Below, piece after piece: positions 24,893 to 26,458 of a stretch of DNA of 26,458 nt (position 1 is its first letter; each line of letters starts with the position of its first letter). The position numbers and the translations under genes were made by a program. Location of the stretch: positions 1-26,458 of the IMG/VR virus record IMGVR_UViG_3300037311_000102; one strand, given 5' to 3'. The notes below the pieces were generated by a model that saw only the letters and a list, made by a program, of their open reading frames with translations, was not told the origin of the DNA and searched no databases. Source of the DNA: a virus. Lineage: Duplodnaviria > Caudoviricetes.

Positions 24893-25257
24893 CAAGCTTC
24901 ATCCTGCGCCTCTTCCAGACGCCTTCCTCATTCCGGGCGGACCCATGGGGCTACCTGCGCAATCAGGTGGCCCACGGCTATCTGATCGGCGGTGCGGGCA
25001 CGCTGATCCTGACCGCGCAAGGCTGGTCGCCCGACCTGGCGCTGGCTGTCGTGCTGGCGCTCTACGGGCTCTGGGAGCTTGCGCAATGGCGGCTCGCGCG
25101 GGCCGAGGGCTGGGATTGTCTTGAGGATGTCGCCTTTGTCGCGGTCGTCGCAATCTCGGTCGCGCGAGGGGTCCCGGAGGGGCTCGTCGTGCATGCGCTT
25201 TTCCTCGCGGCCGGGTTCCGGCGGCGAAGAGCCGACCAAGGAAGGATGGTGCACTGA
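24889..25257 (+). CDS. Small multi-pass membrane protein
   Basis: Three to four hydrophobic segments, NQ..H, WE..Q and D..ED motifs, coupled on both sides. Confidence 0.7.
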   Translation: MTSFILRLFQTPSSFRADPWGYLRNQVAHGYLIGGAGTLILTAQGWSPDLALAVVLALYGLWELAQWRLARAEGWDCLEDVAFVAVVAISVARGVPEGLVVHALFLAAGFRRRRADQGRMVH

Positions 25258-25499
25258 TGCCCGACTCAATCACCGTCACGAGCTCGAACTTCACGTCCAT
25301 CGTTATCGGTACCGGCATCACCGAGACCTGGCAGGCCGTCGAAGGGACGGTTGAGTTGGTCAGCGATGGGGTCCCTGTCGCCGGCAACGGCAACCTGCTC
25401 CGCGGCGAGCGCGGCCTCGACATCACCGGTCCCCGGACGGTCAACTACCGCCTCTATGAAGGCAGCCGGGCAAAAATCACGCGGCAAATCTGGCGGTAG
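25257..25499 (+). CDS. Small beta-rich hypothetical protein (80 aa)
   Basis: TGATG coupling with the upstream gene. Ends in TAG. Confidence 0.7.
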   Translation: MPDSITVTSSNFTSIVIGTGITETWQAVEGTVELVSDGVPVAGNGNLLRGERGLDITGPRTVNYRLYEGSRAKITRQIWR

Positions 25500-25502
25500 T
25501 TC

Positions 25503-26458
25503 GTGGGCGAGTGGCGCTTCAATAGGCAGGGGTTCATCACCGGGAGCGCACTTGGGGTCGCTCCGGTCTTCACCACGCGGCCGCAGATCGTCGGCAACGG
25601 GCGTGGAGGTTCCGCCCAGACGCTGAGGACCGGCACATCGAACGGCGACACACAAGTCACCCGCCTGCTGCGCGGCGAGACCGTGCTGATCGGGTCGGTT
25701 GCGGATGGACAGACTTACGCGCCGCCCAGTGAGGCGACCGCGTATGTTCTGACGCTCGAGACAATCGCAACCTCGACAGCGACTGGCCTGTCGAGCTTCG
25801 ACCTCGCCGTGATGATCGTCGTGCCCGTCGCGCCCTCAGCGACAGCGGGGGCGGTTCCAGTCAGCCTGTTCTCATCCGAGGCCATGACGGCGATCGACGT
25901 GGCGGCGTACTTTAGCGGCCCCTTCATCGCCTTTGAAATTTCGCCTAATTCGGACCCCCTGCCGCCGGGCCTAACGCTCTCAGCCGCAGGCGTCCTGTCG
26001 GGCACACCCGCCGATCCGCTTTCGTCGTCGGCGACGATCATCGTGCGCGGTGTGAATGATGGCGGGTTCGCCGAGAAGACCCTCTCGCCGTTCTCTGTCA
26101 CGCTCCGGCCGCCGGGTGACACAACCGCCCCGACCCTGACCTTCGCGTCGCCCGCTGCCGGCACGAGCAATGTTCCGCTCAACACGTCGGTATCGCTCGG
26201 CTTCAGCGAGCCGGTTGTGCCCGGATCGGGCCTGCTCACGCTGCGGAGCTACGACGGGGCGGCTTGGTCGAACGTCGAGACTTTCGACGTCGTGACCGAG
26301 ATCGGGTCTGGCCCAGGTCAGATCGAGTTCACGAACAACTTTGTCACGCTGCACCCGACAAGTCCATTCATTGCCGGTCGCCTCTATGCTCTGCGCCTGG
26401 CTGCCACTGCCGTCAGGGATGCGGCCGGGAATGCATTCGCGGGCATCGCGACCGACAC
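25503..26458 (+). CDS. Ig-like repeat protein (3'-partial), probable virion surface/adhesion protein
   Basis: Frame is open to the window end and missing from the ORF track. LPPGLTLSAAGVLSGTP (He_PIG-like) and DTTAPTL...SPA....VPLNTSVSLGFSEPV...VRDAAGNAFAGI (Big_5-like). Confidence 0.8.
   Translation, partial: MGEWRFNRQGFITGSALGVAPVFTTRPQIVGNGRGGSAQTLRTGTSNGDTQVTRLLRGETVLIGSVADGQTYAPPSEATAYVLTLETIATSTATGLSSFDLAVMIVVPVAPSATAGAVPVSLFSSEAMTAIDVAAYFSGPFIAFEISPNSDPLPPGLTLSAAGVLSGTPADPLSSSATIIVRGVNDGGFAEKTLSPFSVTLRPPGDTTAPTLTFASPAAGTSNVPLNTSVSLGFSEPVVPGSGLLTLRSYDGAAWSNVETFDVVTEIGSGPGQIEFTNNFVTLHPTSPFIAGRLYALRLAATAVRDAAGNAFAGIATD

Larger units (their letters stand above)
1..26458 (+). mobile_element. 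Mu-like (transposable-type) prophage/phage, middle and late region, with siphovirus-type tail
   Basis: Co-oriented, translationally coupled genes in Mu order: GemA, Mor/C, lysis, gp25-28, portal gp29, gpF, gpG, protease I/Z, gpT, gp36, gp37, then tail genes. Transposase is not in the window. Confidence 0.95.

Noticed and set aside
1511-26354. Many long minus-strand and alternate-frame ORFs (e.g. 8557-10641, 10040-11557, 1511-2938, 18703-19782)
   Set aside because: They are Arg/Pro/Gly-rich shadow ORFs expected in high-GC DNA, overlap well-supported + strand genes and have no motifs.
1-26458. CRISPR array, tRNA/rRNA genes, diversity-generating retroelement, invertible tail-fibre segment, Mu ends
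   Set aside because: No regularly spaced repeats, reverse transcriptase, invertase or terminal transposase-binding repeats were seen in this window.

Overview
The whole window is the middle and late region of a high-GC, Mu-like (transposable-type) prophage, probably from an alphaproteobacterium, with all credible genes on the + strand. The order is: semi-essential/middle genes (HNH, GemA, MT-A70 methyltransferase, Mor/C-like activator), lysis cassette, terminase, portal, gpF, gpG, protease/scaffold and gpT capsid. A non-contractile siphovirus-type tail follows (tube, frameshifted chaperones, tape measure, tip) and the window ends inside an Ig-domain gene. The repressor, transposase and genome ends are not in the window. 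Most notable: (1) gpF carries a C-terminal PBECR-like nuclease domain followed not by an immunity ORF but by a ~100-nt multi-stem pseudoknotted element, a candidate nuclease/RNA-antitoxin or riboregulator module; (2) a stand-alone mini-paralogue of the gpF core lies in the middle region; (3) candidate counter-defence genes (Acb2/Tad1-like sponge, orphan Xre/MbcA/ParS antitoxin domain, Cys/His protein) are wedged into the lysis and packaging operons; (4) an identical 25-bp near-palindrome marks two putative late promoters. All family calls are from motif recognition and gene order; no database search was run.
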